64,000 nt of DNA from Phoronis australis (lineage: Eukaryota > Animalia > Phoronida): the NCBI GenBank assembly GCA_002633005.1, contig NMRA01000152.1:186001-250000 (forward strand). Direction: 5' to 3'. Numbering within the stretch: position 1 is the stretch's first letter; each line of letters begins with the position of its first letter. This document shows positions 36,330-49,951 of the stretch, piece after piece. The notes beneath the pieces were generated by a model that made no database searches, was not told the DNA's origin, and saw only the letters and a list, made by a program, of their open reading frames with translations. Made by a program: the position numbers and the translations under genes.

Positions 36330-37086
36330 ACGGGTTCTGCACACTGCAGTTGGCTAGACCTTATGGCGCAGTAGTTGCTGAATGTAACTCAAGGAATTTT
36401 GGTCCGTCCATTGTATGTTCATGTAGATCATGCTTTAAATCATTCCATTGTATTTTGTGCATATGTTGACACATTCCATCTTATTCGCATTTCGTTCACG
36501 AATCATTCCATTGTGTTGTGTTGACACTTTGACTTATCATTCAATATAAATTGTTTTCCTGATATTCTAGGCATGTTGCATCATTGATTAGTTTTATATT
36601 GGTTGTCATGTGTGATCTCATGTGTCACTTCTATGCCGGATTAGATGTTAAGGTTGGGCTGACTCAGCAGTGGCCTACTGGAACAAATGCATTAGTTAAA
36701 GTTTAGTGCCTTTCAAAGTTGATCATGGGTTGGTGATATATTTTAATATTCACCGACTTCACACAGCAATCTCAGCTTAAAATTCATCGATGTGTCGACA
36801 GAAACTCATCTATACTGTTATTTTTGTTATTTGTTAGAAAATTTGTTAGAAAATTTGTTATATTGATTATATTGTGACCAGTTAGTCTTCTATTAGATGT
36901 ATGTTCGTTCACAGGACATGTGAAATAACAATTTATGGTTTACTCAGCTTTGTTATGGTGCTACTTTTCATTGTCTGAAATTTGTCATGTCGGTGCTGTG
37001 CTGCATGAGTTTTAACTATTGTACTATAAGTCTTGGGACAGTTTTATAAACATCTTACTCCCAGTCATGTATCTAAAATTGTCTTA

Positions 37087-37594
37087 AGGGCCTTTCATAC
37101 TAACGTCCACGTGTCGATGGTTTGGGGGGTTGCGGTCATTATGAACGCTTAACTCCAGTCCTGGATCGCAGTTAACAGCTCCTATTAACATCACAGTTAA
37201 CAGGTGGATTTAAGACCACAGCGTCAATGCTGCGGTGCAGTATGAACGCTTAACTCCGGTCCAGTCGAAGTTATCGCCAGGTGCCACTGTTATCGTCAAC
37301 AGTTACAAGGTAGTGCCGTCACTAATAGCTGCTTATATTTTGCTCTAATAATAACCACTCGATTTAAAAATAAGTTTAATGTCACTTAGCACATGTAAAT
37401 ATTTCCAAATTGAAACATTGAAAAAAATCTTAGCGTGCAACGCTACCTTGCGACAACTTCGATGACGACAGTGGCACACAACCGCTTACTTTGATGTTCA
37501 TTGACTACCGAAGCCAGTATGAACGGTCCAGTTAACTGCGCTGTTTACGTCGACGCTCCCCTCAGACCGGAGTTAAGTCAATATGAAAGGGCCT
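37087..37594. mobile_element. PIF/Harbinger (Tourist-like) MITE downstream of the INTU stop
   Basis: TTA|AGGGCCTTTCATACT ... AATATGAAAGGGCCT|TTA; internal TATGAACG sub-repeats. Confidence 0.75.
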
Positions 37595-40193
37595 TTAGGG
37601 CACATGACCATTTTCTCAAACCAGGTCATTGGACTGTTAAGCTCTTGAAATTTGAGATAGGATGGTCCGAGTGATAATTGGGTTTGTAACCTTTGATAAA
37701 ATAGTCCCCTGGTCCAAACTGCAATGTAATTGTCGTTACTGTGTGTGTTATCTGACATTTGTTTTACTGTGTGGTCTACCAGCTATGGCACTGCAAATGT
37801 GACCCATACTATTTTGTACTGTTAGTAAAATCATTTCCAGTTGGTAAATGCAGACAAAAATAGGAGTCTATAATAGTGTGCACAAGTGGATTTGGGGGAG
37901 GCTTCTTTTTAGGGTTTGTCACCAAAAGTTGACGTGAATATAATTATCTTTTACTGGGCATTCAGTGTTTGTCCTGCCAAAATTGTGATTGGACAAAGCA
38001 GTCATGACACCTGTATGATATCAATTATATATTAAATTTCATTAGGCTTAATCCTTCTTCCTCCAATATTTAACATTGAGGAAGGATGAAATGAGACTGG
38101 AATATAGAAGTTTTTTACCAGAATACTTGTTTTTATTTGTTTCATGTCTTACTCTCTGTAAGTGCACTGTGAACTGTGTATACATCCTCGCTTTTGTATC
38201 GTACTTATTGTCTACCAGCTCTTGTTGTGTTCCCATACAGATATGCTGTCCGTCCTGTATTCTTTGAATACCAATATATGCCAAAAATGTTCAAATACAG
38301 ATTTGCCAAAACAATTTTGTTGCTATTGTAAAAGACCGTTTAACACTTAGTAATGATGTGGCCCATGCATACACATAATGTAGAATTCTACCTAGGGGGC
38401 TGTCCCAGGTGTGAATTGCATGTGGCACTACTAGACTGACTAGTGGCTGTTGAGGGGAGGGGTGCATCAGTGATCAGAGGTGAGTATTGAGAAAGAATAT
38501 ATGAAAGAGGTTGTGTTTCAACATGAGTTAAATCTGCCTCTGGTTTTTAAGGCCGGTCAGTTGGGACCTTGACCACAAGTCTGGATTTAGCAGAAAACCT
38601 GTGGACTTTTATTTTTGACTTCATACCAGTCTACCGTACTATTAGAAAAGTAAGTTCATAGCAAAACAATGTACTTTATGTCAGCTTGAACTGATCGAGG
38701 TACACCCATTACTCGGTAAAGAAGTCTGTTCATTGTCGGTGTGTTTTTAATCATTAATACTTGGTGTCTCGTTTAGAATTGCACGGAATATGTTGTTGAA
38801 AGAAACATAACTTTTCACAACTTGTAGTGTGCTTTCCATCGTTTTAGTTGGGGGGAAGCATACACGCATTGGCGTAACATTTGGGATACATGTATATCAT
38901 AATCTAGTATTCTCTTCTGTGCTAAATTCACTGCGTAATTGTGGGCTTGTGAAAACACTGGTTATTCCTTTCGTATGCTGTTTGAGTTTCATTACTAAGT
39001 CATTTTTTGACTTTGATACAAATCGAGAGTGAACTCTGATGAATTCTCAATATTATTGAAAATATGTAGGGATCTTTTCATACAACGCCCCCCAATTTAA
39101 AGACCATGTCCCTAATTATTTTGATTGCATTAAGGGCTCAGTTTTTAGTTACATTATTAGAAAATGTTAGTAGTCAAAGTAGCCATCCAGCTAGCTGTAT
39201 GAAGACTAAGTATACAGCTATGTACCAGAGGCGAATCTACAGGGGGGTTCAGGGCGTTCAAACCTCCCCCCCTCGGGACAGGATCAAAAATAAAAATTGA
39301 AAAAAAAGATCGCCAGAAAAACGAAATTAGCTACTAAAGACCACAAAAATCTTACACTGGAGGAGGGAAACCCTCTCCCGACCTTCCTTCCCATCGGCGC
39401 TACGCGCCTTGAATTCGCTCGAATCCGGGCTTAAAACAATGATTTCGAAAGTTTACAGTTTCCTAGCTTAAGTACATCCACGTGATCAAGCGCCACGGTA
39501 CCGGACCTCTAATACCAAAATTACATACTTTGGACAAATAAAAAAAATATATTTTAAAACTAGGCCAATTGGAAAACTTACCTTTGCTGTCACTAAAATT
39601 TTTCGTAACTGCGTCGTTCTTTTAATTGCGAAAGTGTCATTAAAAAGCCCTTTACCAGGTCTTGCAAATATATCAGATTGTACCAGAAGCAATAGGTAAA
39701 TAAATTTCTTCATAAATAATTATCATTTTGCATACCTGACACGTTCAAAAAATATTTTTTAATTCTAAAAATATAGACCTTTACCAAAAAATAATAGAGT
39801 GTAATAATTGGCTAATTAGATAACAGATTAGTCAACTAATTAAGTGAAATGACCACTATTTTAGGGTGTAATCGTGACTAAAAAAGGAAATGGACCAGAG
39901 AGGTTATATAAATGACTAATTAAACCAGCGGGGAAACAATTTCAATAATTCCAAAGATTTCTTCCCTATAAAGACAAAGATTTTAGAATATGGATCCCTC
40001 ACAGGTACTGTGAAGAATTTGGTCAGGCATCCATCCAAACGAATACTATATCTTTATATCTTAGTTGGGCCTTTGGTGCCGCTTGATTCAATTACATTTT
40101 CTGTAAAAAAATCAGTATGCAGTGACATTTACAAAATTATTATAATTACTTCAACTACCTATACGAAATTTCCAAAAAGGGTTTCTGATAGAA

Positions 40194-42431
40194 AACAAGA
40201 GCAACGCGGAGCGTTGAAATGCGCCCACAAATGCATTGCAAATGGTGTGCTTTTAGGGTTATTTATTGCAAATGGTGTGCTTTTAGGGTTATTTATTCGT
40301 ATCATAAAAATGGCCACTAGGTGGCGCAAAAACATACAATCCATCAAAAACATGAACATGCCACATTTCATAAAAATCTGTCAAGGGCCTTCAGAGAAAC
40401 AAAGGAAAACAGAATAAAATGAAATTCCACTAGTGGGCACAGTGTCCGTTGGATCTCCTTGAAAGTCGTCGTCGTCTGCTGTAATCTTCATATAAATACA
40501 CTTACTAAATTTAGTAAAGATCCTGCAGTGGGTTTAAGAGATACAACTATGGGCGCAAAACAAAACTACCACTAGGAGGCGCCACAGTAGTCAGTCACTA
40601 TCATCAAAGGTCGTCTTCACACTGAGAACATATATGCCAATTTCAAATGATTTGGTTGATACAGGGGTGGACACCAAAACAAGATTTGAAAACAGCAAAA
40701 ATGGCCACTAGGTGGTGCAAAATACCTCGATTCCATCAAAAAACAGGAAGAGAGCGTCATCACACCAATAGATGGCTATATTTAAAATTTTATGAAAATC
40801 TGTTGAGAACCTTTGAAGACAGTGAGTTAAACGTAAAAAACTAAAAATGCCACTAGGGGGCACAGCAGTAGTCAGATCTGTCTGGCGAAAGACGGTCATC
40901 CGTAGTCAACATCATAAAAATACACTTACTAAATTAAGTAAAGATCCTGCCAAAGGTTTAGGAGATACAGCCATAGGCGCAACAAAAACAAAACTGCCAC
41001 TAGGAGGCGCCACAGTAGTCGAAATCGTCGGAAAATCATCGTCAACCGTCCTCTTCATAGTAAGCACATACATCCCAATTTTCACAATCATCCTTTGAGC
41101 GGTTTTGTTGATAGAGCGCAAAAAACAGACTCGAAAACAGTAAAAATGGCCACTAGGTGGCGAAAATTACGTCGAATCCATCCGAAAACGAGAGGATAGC
41201 GTCACCTCACTAATAGGTGCCTACATATTAAATTTCATGAAAATCCGTTAAGGACTTTTGAAGATACAAAGGTGAACGTAAAAAATAAAATTGCCACTAG
41301 GGGGCACACGGGTATTCGGATCTGTCCAAAAGTCGTCGTCGTCCGTTGTTAACATCATATAAATATACTTATTAAATTTCGTAAAGATCCTGCAAACGGT
41401 TTAGGAGATACAGCCATAGGCGCAAAAAAAACAAAACTGCCAGAAGGAGGCGCCACAGTCGTCGAAATCGTCAGAAAATCATCGTCAACCGTCCTCTTCA
41501 TAGTAAGCACATACATGCCAATTTTCACTATCATCCTTTGAGTAGTTTGGTTGATAGAGAGGTGGACGCAAAAAACAGACTCGAAAACAGTAAAAATGGC
41601 CACTAGGTGGCGAAAATTACGTCGAATCCATCCGAAAACGAGAGGATAGCGTCACCTCACTAATAGGTGCCTACATATTAAATTTCATGAAAATCCGTTA
41701 AGGACTTTTGAAGATACAAAGGTAAACGTAAAAAATAAAGTTGCCACTAGGGGGCACACGGGTATTCGGATCTGTCCAAAAGTCGTCGTCGTCCGTTGTT
41801 AACATCATATAAATATACTTATTAAATTTCGTAAAGATCCTGCAAACGGTTTAGGAGATACAGCCATAGGCGCAAAAAACAAAACTGCCAGAAGGAGGCG
41901 CCACAGTCGTCGAAATCGTCAGAAAATCATCGTCAACCGTCCTCTTCATACTAAGCACATACATGCCAATTTTCACTATCATCCTTTGAGTAGTTTGGTT
42001 GATAGAGAGGTGGACGCAAAAAACAGACTCGAAAACAGTAAAAATGGCCACTAGGTGACGCAAACTACGTCGAATCCATTCGAAAACAAGAGGATAGCGT
42101 CACCTCACTAATAGGTGCCTACATATTAAATTTCATGAAAATCCGTTAAGGATTTTTGAAGATATAAAGGTAAGCGTAAAAAAATAAAATCGCCACTAGG
42201 GGGCACACCGGAAGTCGGATCCGTCCGAAAGTTCGCTCATGCCGTCCCATTCATGAATGGAACATATGTACCAAATTTCATGAACGTATGTCAAAGGGTT
42301 TTGGAGATAGAGCAGCGGACGCCGCCGGGACGCCGGACTGACGCCGCCCGGACGGACGGACGGATGGACGGACGGACGGACGGAGATGACGGCATAATGC
42401 GTCCACATATAAATATGTGGGCGCATAAAAA
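40194..42431 (+). mobile_element. Helentron-associated non-autonomous element (HINE / pearl-like) with internal tandem array
   Basis: AACAAGAG start; subterminal IR ATGCGCCCACA (40219) / TGTGGGCGCAT (42416); ~150-bp core repeats; (GGAC)n microsatellite ~42350-42385; end hairpin 42399-42424; ends ATAAAAA. Confidence 0.8.
40311..42210 (+). repeat. Higher-order tandem repeat: ~150-bp monomers in ~450-bp trimers
   Basis: GGCCACTAGGTG recurs at ~40312, 40703, 41148, 41598, 42046; the last two trimers are nearly identical. Confidence 0.9.
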
Positions 42432-43956
42432 TGAGCAAACATTACGTTGGTTGTAGAATAGGACTAGAAGTTCAGAAACTAAAACTTAATGAGACTTCGC
42501 TCTGCATGTAGTGCGTGTTGCCGTAAACAAGAAGCGTTTCTAAAATGTGAACCCAGGAAAATAACAATATTCATAAAAAACACAATCATGTTAGTGTGAC
42601 TACCTGTTGCATAGTTGTCAACATTTGAGAACGAAAAAAAAAACAAAACAACATTGAAAAACGGTACATCCGGATAAAAATGGGACATGCCAAAACGCAA
42701 GGGGTGAAACGTTTACCGCATCACACCAAAACGTCCCGACGGCATTTTTATTTCTTTTTCAGTTGTCGAACAAGAAATTGCGTTTGCCGCATAGACCCAT
42801 GAAACATCCCATTTTGTCTTTTAGTCAAACGGTAAAATAATGTTTGGCGTATAGGAAATTATAGTAGTATATGATAAGTATCAACATGTAGTTTCATGTA
42901 TATCAATTTCGCCATGTGTCAAAAACCGGGACGTTTTGATGAAGGTGGATGGCGGGACAGTCGGACAGTCTACCAAGTGCCGGATAATTTCACTACGCTT
43001 TCGACGGTAACGCAAAGTATTGGATTGATTCTTAAGCACACTGAAAACTTTTCGTTTTTCATAAAATATTTATTAGACGGGTGTAGGTCAATGCTACAGA
43101 TGTATTGTTCAAGTTCAGAAATCGAATTAACAAAAAACGTATCTGGCGAACTAAATAAACATGTCACCGATGTATTGGTTTTACCATTCGAACACCATAC
43201 GGGGCAATTGGCTAAGGGTTGTTGGACGTCAACCAACTGAATAACTCCAACCTGTGGCATGTGACCCTTCGAACATATGACCATCAGCAGGCGGGGTCTG
43301 CTCTAAGTTGGATGACTGCGACTAAACAGCTCGAACTCGCTGACTGCATGTCCCTCTGAAGATTTTACAATCATTGGGCGTTAGCCAGTAAAACGGAGTG
43401 GGTTGCACAGCGATGAGGAACCTATTGGTAAATCGGAAACTGATTACAGCCACAGCCAAGACACTGAGTTAGTGGGTAGTGTCATCGAACAACCAATTAT
43501 CCTATATCTCATTACGCGCGATATCTATGGTGGACAACGTAAAAGGTCAATGACAATGGGGTTAGACAGTTGATCCAAAACCAATAGCTTACCCACCTCG
43601 TGGTCGGAAATGTAAAGCAATGCCTCTCGCCGGTCGACTAGGGGGCAGGGCTGAATAGTGTGACCTGGTTGACATGATGTAAGATTCTGACCTAATGTGC
43701 CGTGCATGGTGACTGAGATAACTTGACTTAATCCTAGTGAAGTTTTAATATTTAGTAAATTATGTGCAAAACTGACTCCGTCCGCACGCCCGGGGCTCGC
43801 GCCACTATTTAGTGAAATGCATGGGCGGCGCGCACCATGGCCTTTGTCTGGTCCATCTGCAGGCAATAAACATGGTAATATTAGGTCTGACCAGTTGTGA
43901 ACTATTCACGCTGGCCTCATTTAGCATCAAGTTGTCAACTATCTCCCACAAAACTC

Positions 43957-44126
43957 CAGGGGCGGATGCAGGATTTTTAATTAGGGGGGCCCAAGGCATA
44001 GTAAAAAAAGCATAGCATTAGCCAGAATTTTGCCCGTCAGACATTCGCACCCCCCGAACAGCGGAGTCTCGGAGAATTTTAGGGGTAGCCATGGCCCCCC
44101 TTGGCCCCCCTCTAAATCCGACTCTG
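43957..44126. mobile_element. G/C-run MITE (CAGGGGCGGAT...ATCCGACTCTG)
   Basis: Short imperfect TIRs with internal G and C runs. Confidence 0.65.
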
Positions 44127-44403
44127 AATTTGACCGATTTTTGTGGGAGAAATTGATCCTCACTCAATTTTTTATGAGAAATTCAAATATGGACTCTGTT
44201 TCCATCCACAACAAAGTGTGAAATTGAAATCAAACGTCCTAATTCTGCAGTGAGATAAAGTGCAATAAAGAGTAATTGAGCGGAAAGATCTGCTAAGTGC
44301 TTCTGACCGTCCGGACTTGGCTAGCCTGCCTGACACTGTGGACGGTCCACGACAATATAACGTTGGTACTGCGTTTTCCCGTTAATCCCAACTTGTTCGA
44401 TTA

Positions 44404-46410
44404 CAGGTCCGTAGCCAGGGCCGGGGTTCGAAGGACCCCCCCCCAGCTGCGGAAAGGTCTAGCAGCCCGAGCCTATCCGTTAAAGATAGGATACAGATGG
44501 AAAATGTAACAAAACTGTTGCAGCTACTGGTACTACTAACTATAATGGTAACTAAGTTAGTAATAATTTTGCTTCTGATTCAAAGCGCTTCACGTACGCA
44601 ATCATCGGGCCGTACCCGGCCAAATTGAACTTCCTTGCCCGAGTTGTATTTGTGTAGATGAGTAGATGACAGGATCGTGCAGACTTTATGTTACTCATCG
44701 GCATTGAACACACGTGGCGGTTACACCGCAGCTAAACAAAGGAGTCGAGAAGTAAATGTCTACACCTAGCTAATTAAGCTATATAGCAGCGAGAGAGCTC
44801 CCAAAAAGTCCAACAGTACAGTGTGAATGCCTTAAAATCAACCAAGAAACAAAACAGCATAAAATAGGTTTGTTATCTGATATTGCTTGCTAGCATAGTA
44901 CGGTAAAGGGCAGACGTTTTCAAATTTGGAATTGAAAGTGTTCGTCAAATACAGGTAGTGTTTTTCGTCCAATTCGATTGTGGATTGGTGACATGCATGC
45001 GTGTTCAATTCCAGTAGAAGCCGACGCAGGTAAGTTAACTATTTTACGGGCAGCCCCCCGTTGTTGCTCAAAAACCAGAATTTAACTATAACCGTGTTTG
45101 CTTGGCCTGAGAAAACACCGACGAGCACGTTTACATTTTTGGGTAAAATTATATGTCTAGGCCCAATAAAACCTTTGGTGAATGGAGATAGACTTCTCTT
45201 GTCAATAGTGTCAATGGTACACAGCCTCACAGACTTCATACGAGCAGGTAACTTGTTGGAAAAGATTTCCTAGGTTGGATGCCATAATTCCGACGGTTCG
45301 CTACTCCGAAGGTACATTACTCAGAAGATTCGCCACCTTCGAATGTTTACTATTTCGAATGTCCGCAATTCCAAAACCAGAACTCCGACAATTATTTTTT
45401 CCTTAGCACAGCCCCAGGAGAGTAGCTTTCGCATAATATCCAGGTTCTAATTCACACCCTTTCACATATTCCAGGCCCGTAGCCAGGGAGGGTTCGGGGG
45501 GGGGAAGGTTTCATCGAACCTCCCCTCCGAGGAAAAGGTCCAGCCCTAGCCTGTACGATAGCTAGGATAAAACAGGATTTAGTAGATGGACAGCAAAATT
45601 GTTGTAGCTACTAGTTCTACTAACTACAATCATAACTAAGTTAATATTAATTTTGAATTTGCTTCTGATGGAAAGCGCTTCACATAATCATCGGGTCGTA
45701 TCCGGCCCGAGTGGTGACAGCGTAGATGACGATTAGGGGAGGCTTTATGTTATTCATCGGCTTTGAAACCTCTAGAACATAGGGTAACACGGGAGTCTAG
45801 AACTAGTAAATGTCTATGCCGCTTAGCCCAAACTACATAGCATCGAGAGAGAGTCCCCAAAAGTAGTGCGGTGCCTTAAAATCGCGCAAGAAACAAAAAC
45901 AGCAGAAAATGGGTTTGTTATTTGCTACTTTGTTGTACTTTCTAGCATAGTATGGATAAAGTGCAAGCGTTTTCAAATTTCGAATTGAAAGTGATCGTCA
46001 AATATCTTGATCATCAAGTGTCCACTTTGATTGTGGATTGGTGGATTGACATGCATGCGTGTGCGTTTCCGTTCTATTAATTCAGTACACGCTGACGGTA
46101 AGTTCATTGACTACTCTCAGCCTGTCATTTCTCAAAAATCAGACATTTAGTTACCGCGTTTTCTTGCGTGTTCAGATAATTAGGTAAGTCTACACCTAAT
46201 TAAAAGTTTGGTCAATGAAGAAAGTTTTCTCTTGCCAATCAATGTCAATGGTGCACAGCCCCGCAGATTTCATACCAGTAACAATTTTGATGGACAAGAT
46301 TTCCAAGGTTACATGTACATGGCTGAAGGTTCGCTACTCCGAAGGTTCGCTACCTTCGAAAGTTCACCACTTCGAATGTCCACAATTCCGAAATCAGAAC
46401 TCAGACAGTT
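44404..46410 (+). repeat. Diverged ~1.07-kb tandem duplication
   Basis: 44404-45390 is collinear with 45472-46410 (cagg.ccgtagccaggg, aaagcgcttcac, gcatgcgtgt, ggttcgctactccgaaggt). Confidence 0.8.
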
Positions 46411-46554
46411 CATTGCTGATTTTCTACTAATGATTCAGAGCTGAAGACGAATAAGGTGTTGTATTTGTGTACATTTAGCAACCATTTTTAAAAAGGGTGT
46501 GCAAAAGTTGAATAGTCCCGAAACATGCGAAAAGATTGACTTACATTGTTTACA

Positions 46555-47480
46555 AATGAGCTCAGTTCCAATCACTGGCAATCTTGATTCTTGAATCTAA
46601 CTAAAGAATCGTTCCTAATTAGGGACAAAATCTGGGGCACGGGTCCGGGAGGCGGCGACCAACGGCGGTTTTAAATTTAAGAAGACTGAATGAAACTTCG
46701 TGAAGACTGGCAGGGACAGGGTAGCTTAGTACGTGTAACTACATTTAGTTTCGACCCGGCGGTGCGAGTAGTTACGGTAGGTGAGCGGCCCTAAACTAAG
46801 TTTTCTGTCGCACTGTGAGATGATGCGATCTTATCATGGGATTGATGTACGTATCGTGGTTGATAATTCATCAACAATCCTACTTCATATTCCTTTAGAA
46901 ATGCAAGTACGTACTCACTCAGACGCCGATGCGGACCACAGGCGGATCTACAGGGGGGTTCAGGGGTTCAACCCCCTCGGATCAAAAATAAAAATTGAAA
47001 TAAATTTTGCCAGAAAAATGAAATCAGTTACTAAAAACCACAAAAATGTTACACGGGTGGAGTGGGGGAACCCCGTCCCATTCCATCCGCTCGGCGCTAC
47101 GCGCCTCGGATTCACTCGAATCCTAAACCCCCCTTACTGAAAACGTAGATCTGCCACTGTGGATAATTTCACATGCACATGAAATCCAATCGAAGTGATT
47201 TATTAACCGGGTGTATTGTTGGCGGTATAGTTGCAATAACCGAAGTGTCGCTAATTTTTGCATGTAAAATTACAACAGTTACGCTTGAATCAGAAATTTT
47301 AGACATTTTCGGAGTAGTGAACCTTCTGAAAGATGAACCTTCGGAGTGGTGAACCTTCGGGGTAGTGAACCTTCGGAATAGTGGGCTGCTCCCATTTCCT
47401 GCGATGTAAGGAACTTCTAAAAAATACAATCAGATGAAAAATTACGTCAGTAATTTTCCGACTAAATATTTCTGTTCTGT
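46555..47480 (+). repeat. Dispersed repeat, second copy at ~49197-49875
   Basis: Shared caaatgagctcagttccaatcactg, ggcagggacagggtagc, gtatcgtggttgataattcatcaa, gggctg.tcccatttcc, ccgactaaatatttctgt. Confidence 0.8.
46937..47159. mobile_element. G/C-run MITE (CAGTGGCGGATC family) nested in the repeat above
   Basis: CACAGGCGGATCTAC ... GTAGATCTGCCACTG; absent from the 49.5-kb paralogous copy; relatives at ~39226, 47826, 48870-49032, 60920-60972. Confidence 0.75.
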
Positions 47481-49951
47481 TGTTCAAGTTTGCGAGCAAC
47501 CGTCGCGACATCCGTTTCTGGTATTACAAATTCCGTCTTATCTCAGGAACATACATGTAGAGCCGAGAGCCATCGTTGCCGTGGATAGTCTACAGATTTC
47601 CCTTCCCCATCATTAAACTGCGTCAAGCGCCTTACCAAAATCTGGAGTGTCGACTTTTGGAAAAGGTCCATCTTTCTAGAAACCCCCAGCGCAATGCTGG
47701 CTGCGGGCCTGTATTCACAATAAGACCGAGCTCAGAGGAGTGTAGGAGACACCTTTGTGCAATGCTCGACTGTCAGCCAGTGAAGGCCATGATTCGCCCC
47801 AGGTCTCCCAAACAGGAGTCCCGACCAGTGGCGGATCTACGTTTTCAGCAAGGGGGGGGGTAGGATTCCCGCCAAGATCGAATCCTAGGCGCGTAGCGCC
47901 GAGCGAGGGGAAGGTCGAGAGGGGGGTTTCCCCTCCCGTGTAAGATATTTTTTGTTTTTGTAGCCAAATAGTGAAATTTCCATGCATCCTGGTAAGTTTC
48001 TGTCACTTTACATGTCTCTGGAGTTTTTCTTAAGATAATTAAAAACCGTTCTCGATTTCGTCACATGAACTTGGCACATAAGTTTCGTGAAACCATATTG
48101 TGCACATCTGGGTATGAGTCACGCCACCTGCAAAAATTTTGTTGGAACATCTGCTTACACACACCTTTTTTAGCATACGAAAAGTCGTATACGAAAAAGT
48201 GTGGTGTGTATACAGGGGTTTAGACAATTTCCAAATATTCAAGAGCATAATTAAGGAGCACCGACGGGGCGTAAAAACTTGAATATCAGATGATCGCGTA
48301 ACAGCAGCCTCAAGTTCTTTAAGAACGAAAACCTGTGCTGTTAGTCCGGAAATAAACATGTGTTCTGTCTCGTTACGAGAAAAACTGGCGAACGATGGTG
48401 CTCTCAACTCATAGTCTATTATTAAAAGCGACAATAAATAATTAGGTATCACTTTATTAAGCTGAATCACTTTGACAACAATTGAAAAACGTGAAACCTA
48501 TCAGGAAACAAATCCTCTGAAAACAGTTTCACGGAACCAAAACATCCTGTGCACAGTGGTGAAAAGATACACTGGACTAGTTTGCAGAGGGACCAGATGT
48601 ACACTGAGAGTACACAAAAAGCTGACCTGGTAGTCCGTCGCGAGACCAAGAGTACACTGACCTGTGCTTATTATCCTTATAAAAACAGACGATCTGTCGC
48701 GGGACCGAACAGTACTGGCTGAGATAAATAGTTTTACAAAGCACACTTTGGTAAACAAATCACAAGACTAGTTCGCCGAGGGACCAGAAGTACACTGAAA
48801 CTCAACATCTTCACAAATCAAGCTGGCCTGGTCCGTCGCGAGACCTAAAGTGTACTATGCAAAAAATTTTGAGTGAACCCCCCTCAATTTTTTCCAAGTT
48901 GGTTTACTTGGGGTTTACACACGCTGGCGGTGCCGTTTTTGTTTTGCTGGAGACGCTTTTGTTTTTTTTTTAAATTTTTGGGTCCAGGCCCGAGGGGGGG
49001 TTTAAACCCCCTGAACCCCCCCGTAGATCCGCTTCTCGGGCCGACCTCAAACCACTGAGCCACACAGCCATTACTCTGATTGTCTGCTTATGAATTGTAA
49101 CAAACATGAATAAATTATTGTATTTGTGTCCACTTAGTAGCCATTTAATTGGTGTGCAAAATTGACTAGTTCTTAATACATTGATTTCATTCTTTACAAA
49201 TGAGCTCAGTTCCAATCACTGCCAATCGTGATTCTTGAATCTAACTAACGACTCATTCTCAAGCACATCTCGGGCACGAGTCAGGGCTGCGGCGACTAAC
49301 GGTTCTAAATCAAAATACGGCTGAATGGGGCTCATTGACTTCGTGAAGCCTGGCAGGGACAGGGTAGCCTCTGTCAGTGCTAGTTCGACCCGCCGAGTGC
49401 GTGGTTCCGGTGGGTGAGGTTCAGGCAAGGCCCTTTCCGAAGTCGCGCTGTGAAATGATGCGACCTTGATGGATTTGATGAATGTATCGTGGTTGATAAT
49501 TCATCAATATTCCCACTCCATATTTTTTTAAAATGCAATAACGTTCTCATTTGTCCGTGTTCGTTAGACATGCGGGCAATTTCGCATGCGCATGAAATCC
49601 AAACAACTCCGTGAAGGTAGCCTATTTTAGTGCGGACGTTGCTTTCGGCCGGTCGTTGAATGTATGTATCATTCATTTTTGCATGTCGTGTAAAGAATAC
49701 GCCGAGTTGACTAAAGTTCGATCCTTCGAAGTAGTGAACCGTCGGAATGGCGAACGGTTTGAGTAGCGGGCTGTTCCCATTTCCAACGACGTAGGCCTAA
49801 GCCCACTTTTAACACGCAATATAACTAGATAAAAAATCGTGAAGTTATTATCCGACTAAATATTTCTGTCCGAGTAGTTTAGGGCCTAATCATTCATTTA
49901 AGCACGCCTGATTTGAAAATTGGCAGGAATTAGTAACGCGAGAACGTTTCG

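Noticed and set aside
40010-42456. Repeated ORFs (e.g. QRMIVKIGMYVLTMKRTVDDDF)
   Set aside because: Translations of the HINE tandem array; frames break between units
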